Assembly: GCF_963921235.1 (NCBI RefSeq)
Contig: NC_086098.1
Location: 2,976,001-3,040,000 of the forward strand
Direction of reading: 5' to 3'
Source: Mobula hypostoma
Lineage: Eukaryota
Length of the DNA stretch: 64,000 nt
Each line of letters starts with the position of its first letter. Position 1 is the first letter of the stretch. Position numbers and translations under genes: made by a program. Of this stretch, positions 52,570 to 64,000 are shown in pieces. The notes beneath the pieces are model-generated. The model ran no database searches, was not told the DNA's origin, and saw only the letters and a list, made by a program, of their open reading frames with translations.

Positions 52570-52830
52570 GGCAAAATTCCAGACCACAACACATGACGTT
52601 TGCCACCCTGTCAATCAGCGAAGAGATTTCTCCCCCACATCACAAATGAGTTTTGGAACTGATGTCCAGTCAGCTGATTTGGAAGTATATAAAGGCCAGG
52701 CATTCGGAGGACACACCACAATCAACAGCACACTGACGATGTCTCCTTTCACAGTGATGAAACGTTTGCAAGTAAATTGCCAAGATCGGAGAACAACTCA
52801 ACCCAACCATCAACCACCTGAGCCACACAA
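52570..52830 (+). mobile_element. Probable Penelope terminal repeat (second family) with hammerhead-like motif
   Basis: tatataaag followed by CTGACGA-T-GTC..GAT-GAAA-CG-TT-TGCA (52733-52770). Confidence 0.55.
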
Positions 52831-53307
52831 CTTCTGAACTGTTCCCATGAGATGTATTGTCACTGACTTCAGTCATGAAATTTTTTGCTTTATGGTAGCA
52901 TAACCAACAGCTATCAATTACAATAAAACAAATGAAAAGTATTGCAGAGGAATAGCAAACCAGTGTTCTGTTCATGGCTTCCGAGTGGAACAAGCTGTTC
53001 TGAAAGGTTAAGTGTGGATCATTTAAAGAAAAGAAAATTAATAAATAATAAATGCAAGAGATTCAGAAAATCCAAAGCAACAGACATAGAATGTAGGAGG
53101 ACCTCAGCAGTTCAGGCAGCATCTATGGAAATAAATAAGCAGTCAACATTTTGGCCCATGAATAAATTACTAATACTGCGAATGTGAATTGTAGAGTTTT
53201 CAGAATCAGGTTTAATATTACTGACGTGCGTCATGAAATTTGTTGTTATGTGGCAAAAGTACATTGCAACACATAATAACAAAAACTGAATTACAGGAAG
53301 AAATATA

Positions 53308-53952
53308 TGTGTGTGTGAGTGTGTGTGTTTGTGTGTGTGTGGTGAGTGTGTGTGTGTGTGTGTGTGAGTGTGTGTGTGAGTGAGTGTGTGTGTGTGTGGT
53401 GAGTGTGTGTGTGTACGTGTGTGTGTGGTGAGTGTGTGTGTGTGAGTGTGAGTGTGTGTGAGTGTGTGAGTGTGTGTGTGTGTGTGGGGTGAGTGTGTGC
53501 GTGTACGTGTGTGTGTGGTGAGTGTGTGTGTGAGTGTGAGTGTGTGTGAGTGTGAGTGTGTGTGTGAGTGTGTTGTGTGTGAGTGTGTGTGAGTGTGTGC
53601 GTGTGTGAGTGTGAGTGTGTGTGTGTGAGTGTGCGTGTGTGAGTGTGTATGTGTGCGTGGTGAGTGTGAGTGTGTGAGTGTGCGTGAGTGTGTGAGTGTG
53701 TGTGTGTGGTGAGTGTGAGTGTGAGTGTGTGTGAGTGTGTGTGAGTGTGTGTGAGTGTGTGCGTGTGTGAGTGTGAGTGTGTGTGTGTGAGTGTGCGTAT
53801 GTGAGTGTGTATGTGTGCGTGGTGAGTGTGAGTGTGTGAGTGTGCGTGAGTGTGTGAGTGTGTGTGTGTGGTGAGTGTGAGTGTGAGTGTGTGAGTGTGT
53901 GTGTGAGTGTGAGTGTGTGTGTGAGTGAGTGTGAGTGTGAGTGTGTGTGTGT
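53308..53952. repeat. Complex (TG)n/(TGAG)n microsatellite within a Rex1-type 3' end (~53195-54150, -)
   Basis: Direct reading; 162-bp higher-order duplication. Confidence 0.97.
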
Positions 53953-56099
53953 AACGTTAAATCAAGTAAGTAGTGCAAAAAGAGAGAAGAATATAAAATA
54001 GTGAGGTGGTGTACATGGGTTCAATGTCCATTCAGAAATCGGATGGTAACGGGGAAAATGCTGTTCCTGAATCGTTCAGCTTCTGGTACCTCCTTCTTGG
54101 TTGTATAGCAATGAGAAGAGGACGTGTCCTGGGTGATGGGGTTTTTGACAGTGGGCCCTACTGGAGAGGAATTCTTTATTGTGCATGGATGCAACTACAT
54201 TTATTTCTACTGATGGGGAATAAATTTGGAGGCGATAGTTTTACTATTACCTACCCATTTTCTGTGGACACAGAACTTTATTATCCCTGCAGCCAATTAG
54301 CCATGCAGACTGGGACCTGCCAGTTTTGGGTCCAACTCACTAATCAAGTTCTCAAAGATCAAGGATCGAGAATTATGGACCAAAGATCTAAAATTAATTT
54401 TATTCACCATATACTTTCACATGTATGAGGAATTTACTGTGGTGTCAGGGTGTGACATACAACAGAATTAACAATGTTATAAAGAATGATGAATTATATA
54501 AAATAAATTAGGGGTTAAAGTGTGGATAGAGGGTAAAATATGCATAAATGCATAAATACCAACATGTACTATATTTACAATATAAACAGAATTATAAATA
54601 GTGGTTTAAAGTGTTTACAATGCAGTGTAGAGACGAGAAGTAATTGATAGAGGGTGTGGAGGCTAATTGGTATGGTTGACCAGATTTACTGCCTGGGGGA
54701 AGAAACATTTAAGATGGTGTGAAATTTTTGTTTTAATAGCCCTATAGCACAGTCAGTTTGCAAGGTGGATAGTGATTTTCCTTTCAGATTTTTTTGTCCT
54801 CGACACATACAAGTCCTACAGTGATGGTAGATTCAATGTGAAGTTTTCCAGGTTGCAGGATAAATTACTGCAATTAGGTTTCGGACTGACACTTCCCTTT
54901 TCAATGAAGACTTCCGGACAGTGGCTCAGGGGAATGAGGGGCAATGTCATTGAAACCTATTGAATATTGATAGAGTAGATGTGGAGAGGATGTGTCCTAG
55001 AGTGGGGGAGTCTAGGATCAGAGAGCACAGCTTCAGATTAGAGGGACATCTATTTAGAACGGAGATGAGCAGGAATTTCTTTAGTCAGAGAGTGGCTAAT
55101 CTGTGGAATTGATTGCCAGAGATGCCTGTAGAGGGTTAGTTCCTTGATGGCTGGAACTGGATGAATGTCAGAGTATGGGAAAGATGTTTGAACAATCTCC
55201 TGACTTGCAGCTCTACTCTCTTCAATGAAACCAGTTACTGGGAGGTGAGCATAACTTCCAGTCAGCTCTTCCTTTCCTTTTGGACTTTCACCAACAAAAT
55301 CGGAATCCTCTCGCAAATCCATTTCTATTTTTTATTTGTCTCAACCCTCTAATTACCTCTCTTTTCTCTGTTGAACAAGAAGAAGTTATGAATATTATCT
55401 TCAAGAGATTCTGCAGATACTGGAAATCCAGAGTAACACACAAAAAATGCTGGAGGAACTCGTCAGGTCAGGCAGGATTTCTGGAGAGGAATTAAAGAAC
55501 AACATTACGGGTCGAGACCCTTCATTAGGACAGGTGACATGGTGAGATAAATTCAAATGCAAAGGTTTCAAATGCAAACCCTTTTGGCTAAAGTGTTGGG
55601 TATTCACAGAATACTGGGGACAAAGACAGAACCTTTGAGTCTTTCAGCTTTCATCAGAGTCCTGGTGAAGGTCATCAGCCTAAAACATCAACTGTTTACT
55701 CCCATCCATAGATGCTGCCTGACCTGCTGAGTTATTTTAGCATAATGGGTGTGTTGCATAATTAAATACTTCTAAAGCACATCCCAGAGTGCTTCCCATC
55801 TGTCCTGATCATATAGGTCACACTATGCCTCAGTTCAAATCTGGTCCAGTTTTATCATTGTGTCCACTGGACCACGAGACGCACAGCAGGAGCAGACTCG
55901 GGACATTCAGCTCACCAAGTGTATCCTTCTGCTTTATATTCATGCCTGTATCAACTTCCAACTATTTAATACAAAGTTTGAAGTTCGGAATAAATTTATT
56001 ATCCGAGTACATTTGTATATGTCACCATCTAATACTCTGAGATTCATTTTCTTTCAGGTATTCATGATAGAACAAAGAAATACAGTAGAGTTAATGAAA

Positions 56100-56340
56100 G
56101 AATAAAGAGTCGACATTTCGGGGCATGGCCCTAAATCAGGACTGGGAAGATAGGGAGTGGGCGGGGGGCGGGGGAAGAAGCCAGAATAGGAAACTGAGGG
56201 GAAAGTCATAGGTGAAGCCAGGTACAGAGCTTTCTGGTCCTGATGAAGGGTTTTGGTCCGAAATGTCGACTGTTCATTCCTCTCCATAGATGCCTCCTGA
56301 CCTGTTGAGTTCCTCCAGCATTTTGAGCGTGTTACTCTGA
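56100..56340. mobile_element. Penelope-derived inverted repeat with purine-rich spacer and two opposed hammerhead motifs
   Basis: - strand motif 56107-56144 (core mutated), + strand motif 56235-56272. Confidence 0.8.
56235..56272 (+). ncRNA. Minimal type I hammerhead ribozyme candidate (predicted cleavage after 56267)
   Basis: UGGUC-CUGAUGA-AGGG UUUUGG UCC-GAAA-UG-UC/GACUG: intact core, stem I, stem II, GUC triplet, loopless helix III. Confidence 0.7.
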
Positions 56341-56807
56341 ATATTAACTAAATCATTAGCACTGCTTCTGAAAAGAATTAGAAACACATTATTAGACCTT
56401 ACAGCCTGTTGTTTTATTTTTGTGCAGAATTTCAAATATCAGTAATTTATAAATGTAAGACAACTATTTGAAATGCACTGAAAAATGAAATAAAAATGTC
56501 AAACAGCTCTCCGTGCACATAAATAGGCCCTAAAGGAAATATTAGCACTGAATTGCAGCTTTAACTAGGTATACTTAGCACTGAGATCTAAATAAACATA
56601 TGAATTGGGGCACTCAGAGCAGGTCCTCCTCATCATTTAGTGGAATTATCGTTGTCGACTGTAAACTCAACTCACCGTTACGGCTTATACCTAGTAACGT
56701 TTCAGCCTTCATTAAATATAAAGTTTAAAATATTGACTGATCTTTTGCAGAAGAGATTTCCAGAGATTCATGATTCTGAAAGGACAAAAACCAGCAGACC
56801 TCTTGCC

Positions 56808-57100
56808 TTATTTATTTATTTAGTTAGAGATACAGCACAGAACAGGCCCTTCTGGCACTTCGAGCCACACTGCCCAGCAACCCCTGATTTAACGCTAGCC
56901 TAATCATGGGACAACTTACAATGTCCAATTAACCAACCAAATGGTACATCTTTGGTACGTGGGAGGAAACCAGAGCACCCGGAGGAAACCCACGCAGTCA
57001 CAGGGAGAACATACAGACTCCTCACAGACAGTGCTGGAAATTGAAGCCAAGTCACTGGTACTGTAAAGCATTGCGCTAACCGCTCCTCCACACTGCTGCC
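56808..57100 (-). mobile_element. V-domain SINE
   Basis: As other copies. Confidence 0.8.
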
Positions 57101-57355
57101 CTTATGTACATACAGGCTTTGGGCCTGTATTCACTGGGGTCTGGAAGAACTGAAATCTATCAAATATTGGAGAGGATGTTTTCAATAGTGAGAGGGTCTT
57201 GGTACAGAGGGCACAGCCTCAGAATACAAGGAAGTTCAAGTTCAGGTTTGTCATCTGACTGTATATATAGATAAACAACCAAACGAAACAACATTCCTCC
57301 GGCCCACGGTGCACCCACTGAAAATATATCACACACAGCACATAAAACAAAATAT

Positions 57356-57978
57356 TATGATTATGATTATGAAGACACGTAGTCCGCTTTTATTGTCATT
57401 CAGTAATGCATGCATTAAGAAACAGTAAACATTATTTCCTCCGGTGTGATATCACAAAACACAGGACAAACCAAGACTGAAAAAACTGACAAAACCACAT
57501 AATTATAACATATAGTTACAAACAGTGTAACAATACCATAACTTGATGAAGAAGTCCATGAGCACAATAAAGTTCAAAGTCTCTCAAATGTCCCACATCT
57601 CACGCAGACGGGAGAAGAAAAACTCTCCCTGCCATGCCAACCACAATCCGACTCTGAGTCATCTGAAAACTTCGAGCTCTGATCAGCTCTCCGACACCGA
57701 GTACTAGGCACCATCTCTGTCCGAATGATTCGACCTCCTTCTAGGTTGCCAAAAGCAGGCAAGGCCGGGGATTTTGAGGCCTACCCTCCGAAAGATTCCC
57801 GACCACACAGTAACAACAGCAGCGGACGGGCGTTTCAGAAATTTCTCCAGATGTTCCTCTGTGCTTTCACGTCCATTCTCCATCAAGTCAGAATTGTCCA
57901 TGGCCCCTATTTAACAGATACGATATCATTTTTCACCGGAGGGCTGCGCACACGCAGGCGCGCCGCCATCTTCTCCTC
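57356..57978 (-). mobile_element. Short non-coding retroposon with 5' AAGATGGCGG and (ATCATA)n tail, nested in a Rex1-type tail
   Basis: CpG-rich, no coding similarity seen; aataaaag upstream of the tail on the - strand. Confidence 0.6.
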
Positions 57979-58244
57979 CTTCGCATGCATTTTGAATATA
58001 ATTCAAAATGCACGTGAAGTGTGCAGCACAGGTAAACAGTAAACAGTAAACAGCTCGCTGTCCTGGTGACGAGACCTCAGTGGTGGCAGGGTATTCATGA
58101 GTCTGTGTCAAGACCATGGTTGCCTCTGTCATATGATGCAGCACACAACAAACAAACAAATCTTCTCCTACTTTTCTCCCAGAGGCATGTTGTTTAGAAG
58201 CTGAAGGCAGCAGGTACCCAAAGAACCCAAAGGTAGTCAAATTC

Positions 58245-58525
58245 GTTTGTTTGTTTATTTATTTAGAGGTAAGGGTGGACCAGGCCCTTCCGGCCCAATG
58301 AGCTGTACTGGCCTGCGGCAACCCCCAATTTAACCCCAGCCTAATCACAGGGTGATTTACAATGACCAATTAACCTAGCAACTGGAGTGTCATTGGACTG
58401 TGGGAGGAGACCCGCACGGGCATGAGGAGAACGTACAAACTGTTTACAGGCAGCGGTGGGAATAGAACCCTGATCTTACTGTTGGTGTGCTGTAAAACTT
58501 TAGGCTAACTGCCACACCACCGTGC
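58245..58525 (-). mobile_element. V-domain SINE
   Basis: As other copies. Confidence 0.7.
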
Positions 58526-59119
58526 ATAGGGTTAAAGTGAAAGGGAAAAGATTCAAAGGGGCCCACATAGCAACCTTTTCCACACAGAGGTTGGTGTGTA
58601 TGTGGAACGAGCTGCGGGTGGAAGTGGTTGAGACACATACAGAAACAATACTTAGAATACATTTGAACAGGTAGATGGACAGGAAAAGTTCATAGAGATG
58701 CTGACCAAATGCAGTCAGAGGGGTCTAGCTTTGATCAGTATAGACCAGATGGATCGAAGGGCCTGCTTCTGTATTGTGCGACTCTGTGAATTTATGAATG
58801 TTAGACTTTTGCACTCTAACATTCTAGTGTGCAGAGTAGAAAGCTAAGATCTTTCAATCATCAACCATTACGGAAATTTCTAGACAGCCTACTTAAAAAA
58901 CATGACAGATGGCAACTAAAGCATCTGTTCTCATTAATACATTTAAATGCACAGTTGTTAAGACCAACCCATGTGTGATGTTATCTTCTCCTTAATATCT
59001 CCCACCATCATAACTTTTCAAAACCAGAGTATAATTTGGCAGTTCAACCTGAACTAGGCTTACTTTTACTTTTTGAAATTTGGATATATTTGATGGGGAA
59101 ATTATCACTTTCTTTATTT

Positions 59120-59400
59120 TACTTATTTGTATTTTATTTAGAGATACAGTGCAGGACTGGCTCTTCTGGCCCATACGAGCCCCACCACCCAGCAATCCAC
59201 CGAGTTAACCCTCGCCTAATCACAGGACAATTAACCTGCCAGCCTCTGCGTTCTTTGGACTGTTGGAAGAAACCAGAGCACCTAGAGGAAACCTATGTGG
59301 TCATGGGGAGAACGTACAAACAGATGGTGCCAGAAAAGAACTTTGAACTCCGACGCCCTGAGCTGTATTAGTGTCACACTAATCACTAAGCTACCGTGCT
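59120..59400 (-). mobile_element. V-domain SINE
   Basis: As other copies. Confidence 0.75.
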
Positions 59401-59577
59401 TGTTAGGTGTGTACAACATTGCCACTGAAATATTAAAGGTATCCACACAAAATGCTGAAGGAACTCAGCAGGTCAGGCAGTATCGATGGAGGGGAATAAA
59501 CAGTCAACTTTTCAAGTCAAGACACTTCTATGGTTTCAATGACTGCTTAACAGAAGTTGTTATTACACTGATTGTAT

Positions 59578-60708
59578 TGGTAAAGCGGTGGATGTTGTCT
59601 ATATGGATTTCAGTAAGGCCTTTGACAAGGTTCCACATGGAAGGTTAGTTAGGAAGGTTCAATCGTTAGGTATTAATATTGAAGTAGTAAGATAGATTCA
59701 GTAGTGGCTGGAGGGGAGACGCCAGAGAGTAGTGTTGTTTGTCATATATATTAATGATCTGGATGATGGGGTGGTAAATTGGATTAGTAAGTATGCAGAT
59801 GATACTCAGATAGGTGGAGTTGTGGATAATGAAGTAGGTTTTCAAAGCTTGCAGAGAAATTTAGGCCAGTTAGAAGAGTGGGCTGAAAGATGGCAGATGG
59901 GGTTTAACGCTGATAAATGTGAGGTGCTACATTTTGGTAGGACTGATCAAAATAGGACATACATGGTAAATGGTAGGGCATTGAAGAATGCAGTAGAACA
60001 GAGGGATCTAGGAATAATGGTGCATAGTTCCCTGAAGGTGGAATCTCATGTGGATAGGGTGGTGAAGAAAGCTTTTGGTATGCTGGCCTTTCTAAATCAG
60101 AGCATTGAGTATAGGAGTTGGGATGTAATGTTGAAATTGTACAAGGCATTGGTAAGGCCAAATTTGGAGTATTGTGTACAGTTCTGGTCACCGAATTATA
60201 GGAAAGATGTCAACAAAATTGAGAGAGTACAGAGAAGATTTACTAGAATATTACCCGGGTTTCATCTCCTAAGTTACAGAGAAAGGTTGAACAAGTTGGG
60301 TCTTTATTCTTTGGAGCGTAGAAGGTTGAGGGGGGACTTGATAGAGGTATTTAAAATTATGAGGGGGATAGATAGAGTTGACGTGGATAGGCTTTTTCCA
60401 TTGAGAGTGGGGGAGATTCAAACAAGAGGACATGAGTTCAGAGTTAAAGGGCAAAAATTTAGGGGTAACATGAGGGAGAACTTCTTAACTCAGAGAGTGG
60501 TAGCTGTGTGGAACGAGCTTCCAGCAGAAGTGGTTGAGGCAGGTCCGATGTTGTCATTTAAAGTTAAATTGGACAGCTATATGGACAGGAAAGGAAAGAA
60601 AGGTTATGGGCTGAGTGCGGGTCGGTGGGACTAGGTGAGAGTAAGAGTTCGGCACTGACTAGAAGGGCCGAGATGGCCTGTTGCCGTGCTGTAATTGTTA
60701 TATGGTTA
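59578..60708 (+). mobile_element. Young 5'-truncated CR1; open RT C-terminal ORF 59732-60634
   Basis: YINDLD, KYADD, RPNLEYCVQFWSP; 300 aa uninterrupted. Confidence 0.95.
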
Positions 60709-61057
60709 TTTGATTCTTTAAGCTGATGTTTTCTGCTTTACATGAAGCAGAAATGTGTTTTCACAAACTCTGGCCTCTTCTATATCCATTTTCCATTAGA
60801 AGCAGAATCAGAATCAGGTTTAATATCACTGGCATCCAATATGTCAGGAAATGTGTTGTTTTGTGGCAGCAGTACAGTGCAATACATAATAATAGAAACA
60901 AACTATAGAAATAAATTACAATGGCAAATATATATTATATAAATGAAATTAAGTAAGAATTGCAAAACAAAAAGGAAAACAATGCTAAGGAATTGATCAT
61001 GAATTCATGGTCCTTTCAGAAATCTGATGGCAGAAGGGGAGAAACTATAAAATTAAA

Positions 61058-61665
61058 AGACCATAAACGAAGGAGCAGAATTAGGCCACTTGGCCCATCG
61101 AGTCTGCTCTGCCATTCAATCATGTCTGATCCTCTTTTTTCCCTCCTCAGCCCCACTCCCCGGCCTTCTTCCTGTAACCTTTGATGTCATATCCCATCAA
61201 TAATGTCTGCCTTAAATACATCAAACAACCTGGCCTCCACAGCTGTCTCTGGTTATAAATTCTGCAAATTCACCACGCTCTGGCTAAAGATATTTCTTCA
61301 CATCTTGGTTTTAAATGGACGCTCATCTATCCTGAGCCTGTGCCCTGTTGTCCTAGACTCTCCCACCACGGGGAACATCCTTTCCACATCTACCCTCTCA
61401 GCCTTTCAACATTTGAAAGATTTCAACGAGATCTCTCCCACCCCCCACATCCTTCTGAATTCCAGCGAGTACAGACCGAGAGCCATCAAACATTCCTCGT
61501 ATGATAACCCTTTCATTCCTGGAATCACTCTTGTGAACTTTCTCCAATGCCAGCACATCCTTGCTTAGATGAGGACCCCAAAACTAATCACAACACCAGT
61601 GCCTCATAAAGCGTCAGCAACACATCCTTGCTCTTGTATTCTAGACCTCTTGAAATGAATGCTAA
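61058..61665 (-). mobile_element. CR1 3' fragment nested in a Rex1-type tail (~60800-61900)
   Basis: Collinear with 1388-2040. Confidence 0.85.
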
Positions 61666-62814
61666 AGACCTCTTGAAGCTGTTCCTGAAATGCTGAGTGT
61701 GTGCCTTCAGGCTCCTGTACCTTCTCCTTGATGGCAGCAACAGGAAGAGAGCATGTTCCTAGTGATGGATGCCACCGTTCTGAGGCATCGCCTTTAGACG
61801 ATGCCCCCGATTCTGGGGAGGCTCGAGCTCCTGATGGAGCTGCCTGAGCTTGCAACTTTCTGCAGCTTTTGCAGTGACCTATCCATACCAGTTAAAACAC
61901 TCCTCACAGTACAACTGTAGCTGTTCTCCACGTAATTTCATCTCCAAAGTAAATATGTTTTTTTCAGTAGCTCATTTGGGTGCTGCTGGATTTATTTTCA
62001 TGAAGTTGAACTTCCATCTCAGCTGGTATATATAAACTTGGTGGTGTGGGTCCTGAGGCTCCTGTACCTTCTTCCTGATGGCAGCAGTGAGAAGAGAGCA
62101 TGGCCTGTGTTTTGGGGGTCCCCGGTGGTGGGTGCCACATTCCTGAGAGTGCGCTCCAATTAGACGTGCTCAGTTGTTAATGGAGATGGCAACACAGTTC
62201 AGGCGCGGTGGTCCTGCAGTCAGCAGCTCTTCTCAGAGCACAGATGCTGAGGATGACCTTGCCATATCTCACTTGGATAATGACACAATTTAGCAGGTGC
62301 CACTTCTTAGAGCACTGATGTCGCCCTGAGGGCTGGTGATGGGATCTTTGACAAAGTAGGTTATTGCTTTTGATAATACCTTAATCTTAGCATTTCACCA
62401 GGAGGTATTTTGTTGATTGTAATGTTGTTTAAAAGCCTTATAATCTCCAGTTACAGACATTAGATCATGAACTAACTCACAGCCAGTTTCTACATGGCAT
62501 CATGAGTAGATTTTTATTAAGTTCAGTTATATGTTTTTTTCAGTGAATAAAAGAACATAACCTTTATTTTGCAATTACATGTTTCTCTTCCATTGTACTG
62601 TAATCCATTACTAATCAAAGGGAGCCTCATGACAGAGACTAGAGGACATAGGAGCGGAATTAGGCCATTTGGCCTATCAAGTCTGCTCCACCACTCGATC
62701 CTGGCTGAGATCCCCCGTCATTCATCTAAACTCAAATGAGGACAGGCCCAGAGGCATCAAACACTCCTCAGGTGTTAACCCTTTCATTCCTGGGACTGCC
62801 TCTCTCCACTTCCA

Positions 62815-62948
62815 CTTCCTGCTGAAGGGTTTCGGCCCAAAACGTCGACTGTACCCTGTTTCAAAGATGCTGCCTGGCCTACTGAGTTCCTCCAGCATTT
62901 TGTATGTGTTGCTTGGATTTCCGGTATCTGCAGATTTTCTCTTGTTTT
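62815..62948 (+). mobile_element. Half of the Penelope-derived palindrome, hammerhead core mutated
   Basis: ctgctgaagggtttcggcccaaaacgtcgactg. Confidence 0.75.
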
Positions 62949-63254
62949 TAGCTTGGTCTGATAGCCACATCAATCAGCATCATCCTTCTGACTGCAAGCC
63001 CTGAGCAAGTGGCTCTACCACACGTAACTCAGGATTTAATGACAGCGTAGAAGACAATGCATTGGTTCCGAACAATCTGATTGCAATTGCTGGAAAGGAT
63101 GGTAGGGGGAATGGCAAGTGTGAATGTAACTGTTCATGACTGATGTTGGAAATAATAGTCGTGTCTCCATGGACTCACTGGGAAAAAGAATGACATCACT
63201 TTATAGACGCAAGTCTGGCAGCCATACAAGTATCAGTTTCAAAGTAATATCATG

Positions 63255-63712
63255 AAATGTTCAAATCAAGTTTATTATCAAAGTCCATATATGTCACCAT
63301 ATACGACCCTGAGATTTGCTTTCTTGTGGGCATTCACAGTAGAACAGACAAATAAAATAGAATCAATAAGCTACACACAGAGAAAGACTGACAAACAACC
63401 AGTGTGCAAGACAAAGCAAACACAAATAATAACTAACTAAATAAATAAATAAATAACACTGAGAACATGAGTTGTAGAGCCCTTGAAAGTGAGTCCATAG
63501 GTTGAGTAATCATTTCAGAGTAGTGGTGAGTGAAGTTATCCACTTTGGTTCAAGAGCCTGATGGTTGTAGGGTCATAACTGTGCCTGAACCTGGTGGCGT
63601 GGTTTCTACCTGACGGCAGCGGTGAGAAGAGAGAATGGTGGGGGTCCTTCTTCCTTGTGGCAGGGCTCCATGTAGATGTGCTCAGTGGTGGGGAGAGCTT
63701 TTCCTGTGATGT
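63255..63712 (-). mobile_element. Rex1/Babar-type 3' end
   Basis: Similar to 12265-12745. Confidence 0.7.
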
Positions 63713-64000
63713 CTAGATGACCACAGATGTTCGTCCTATCGTGGGTTGCACTTTTTGGAAGATCACAGCTCATTGCCTTCGTGATTTACATTGATTCCAC
63801 CAAAATTCTGGGAGAAATGAAAATGTCACCAACTGGTGAACACATCTCAATTGTTCAAACGCAGGCAATGTTTTGCCTTACAGGCTAAGTTCCTTGCACG
63901 CTGTCATTAAATCTTTAGCTATGTGCAGCAGAGGCAGAGAAGATAAACATTATTAATGGGATGTTGGATTTTTACCAACAATGAGAGATATTTTGACAAA

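Noticed and set aside
53112..53978. 288-aa His/Thr-rich ORF (also 13614-13981)
   Set aside because: Translation of (CA)n microsatellite
63005..63139. Short open frame ASGSTTRNSG..KCECNCS
   Set aside because: Bounded by in-frame stops, no clear splice sites or homology

Overview
Eukaryotic, TE-saturated non-coding DNA (large intron or intergenic). The repeat content points to a cartilaginous fish, probably a ray (inference). No intact host exon was recognised. Most of the window consists of CR1 LINEs (many nested), Rex1/Babar-type LINE pieces, tRNA-derived V-domain SINEs, two Tc1 families, one Gypsy LTR element, Penelope-derived repeats, a 47-bp minisatellite and two complex (TG)n tracts. Three observations stand out. 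(1) The Gypsy element (14428-17379) has lost RT/RNaseH/IN and instead carries an apparently spliced RBM25 cDNA fragment, i.e. LTR-mediated gene capture. (2) All four CR1 ORF1/ORF2 junctions carry a correctly phased -1 slippery heptamer (U_UUA_AAC/U and/or G_GGU_UUA) at the ORF1 end; the best-preserved ORF2 lies in the -1 frame and has no AUG before its endonuclease. (3) About a dozen short palindromic Penelope-type repeats reconstruct to a minimal type I hammerhead ribozyme; one has an intact core (56235-56272) and one has a 14-bp TSD. Boundaries of degraded repeats are approximate and read by eye.
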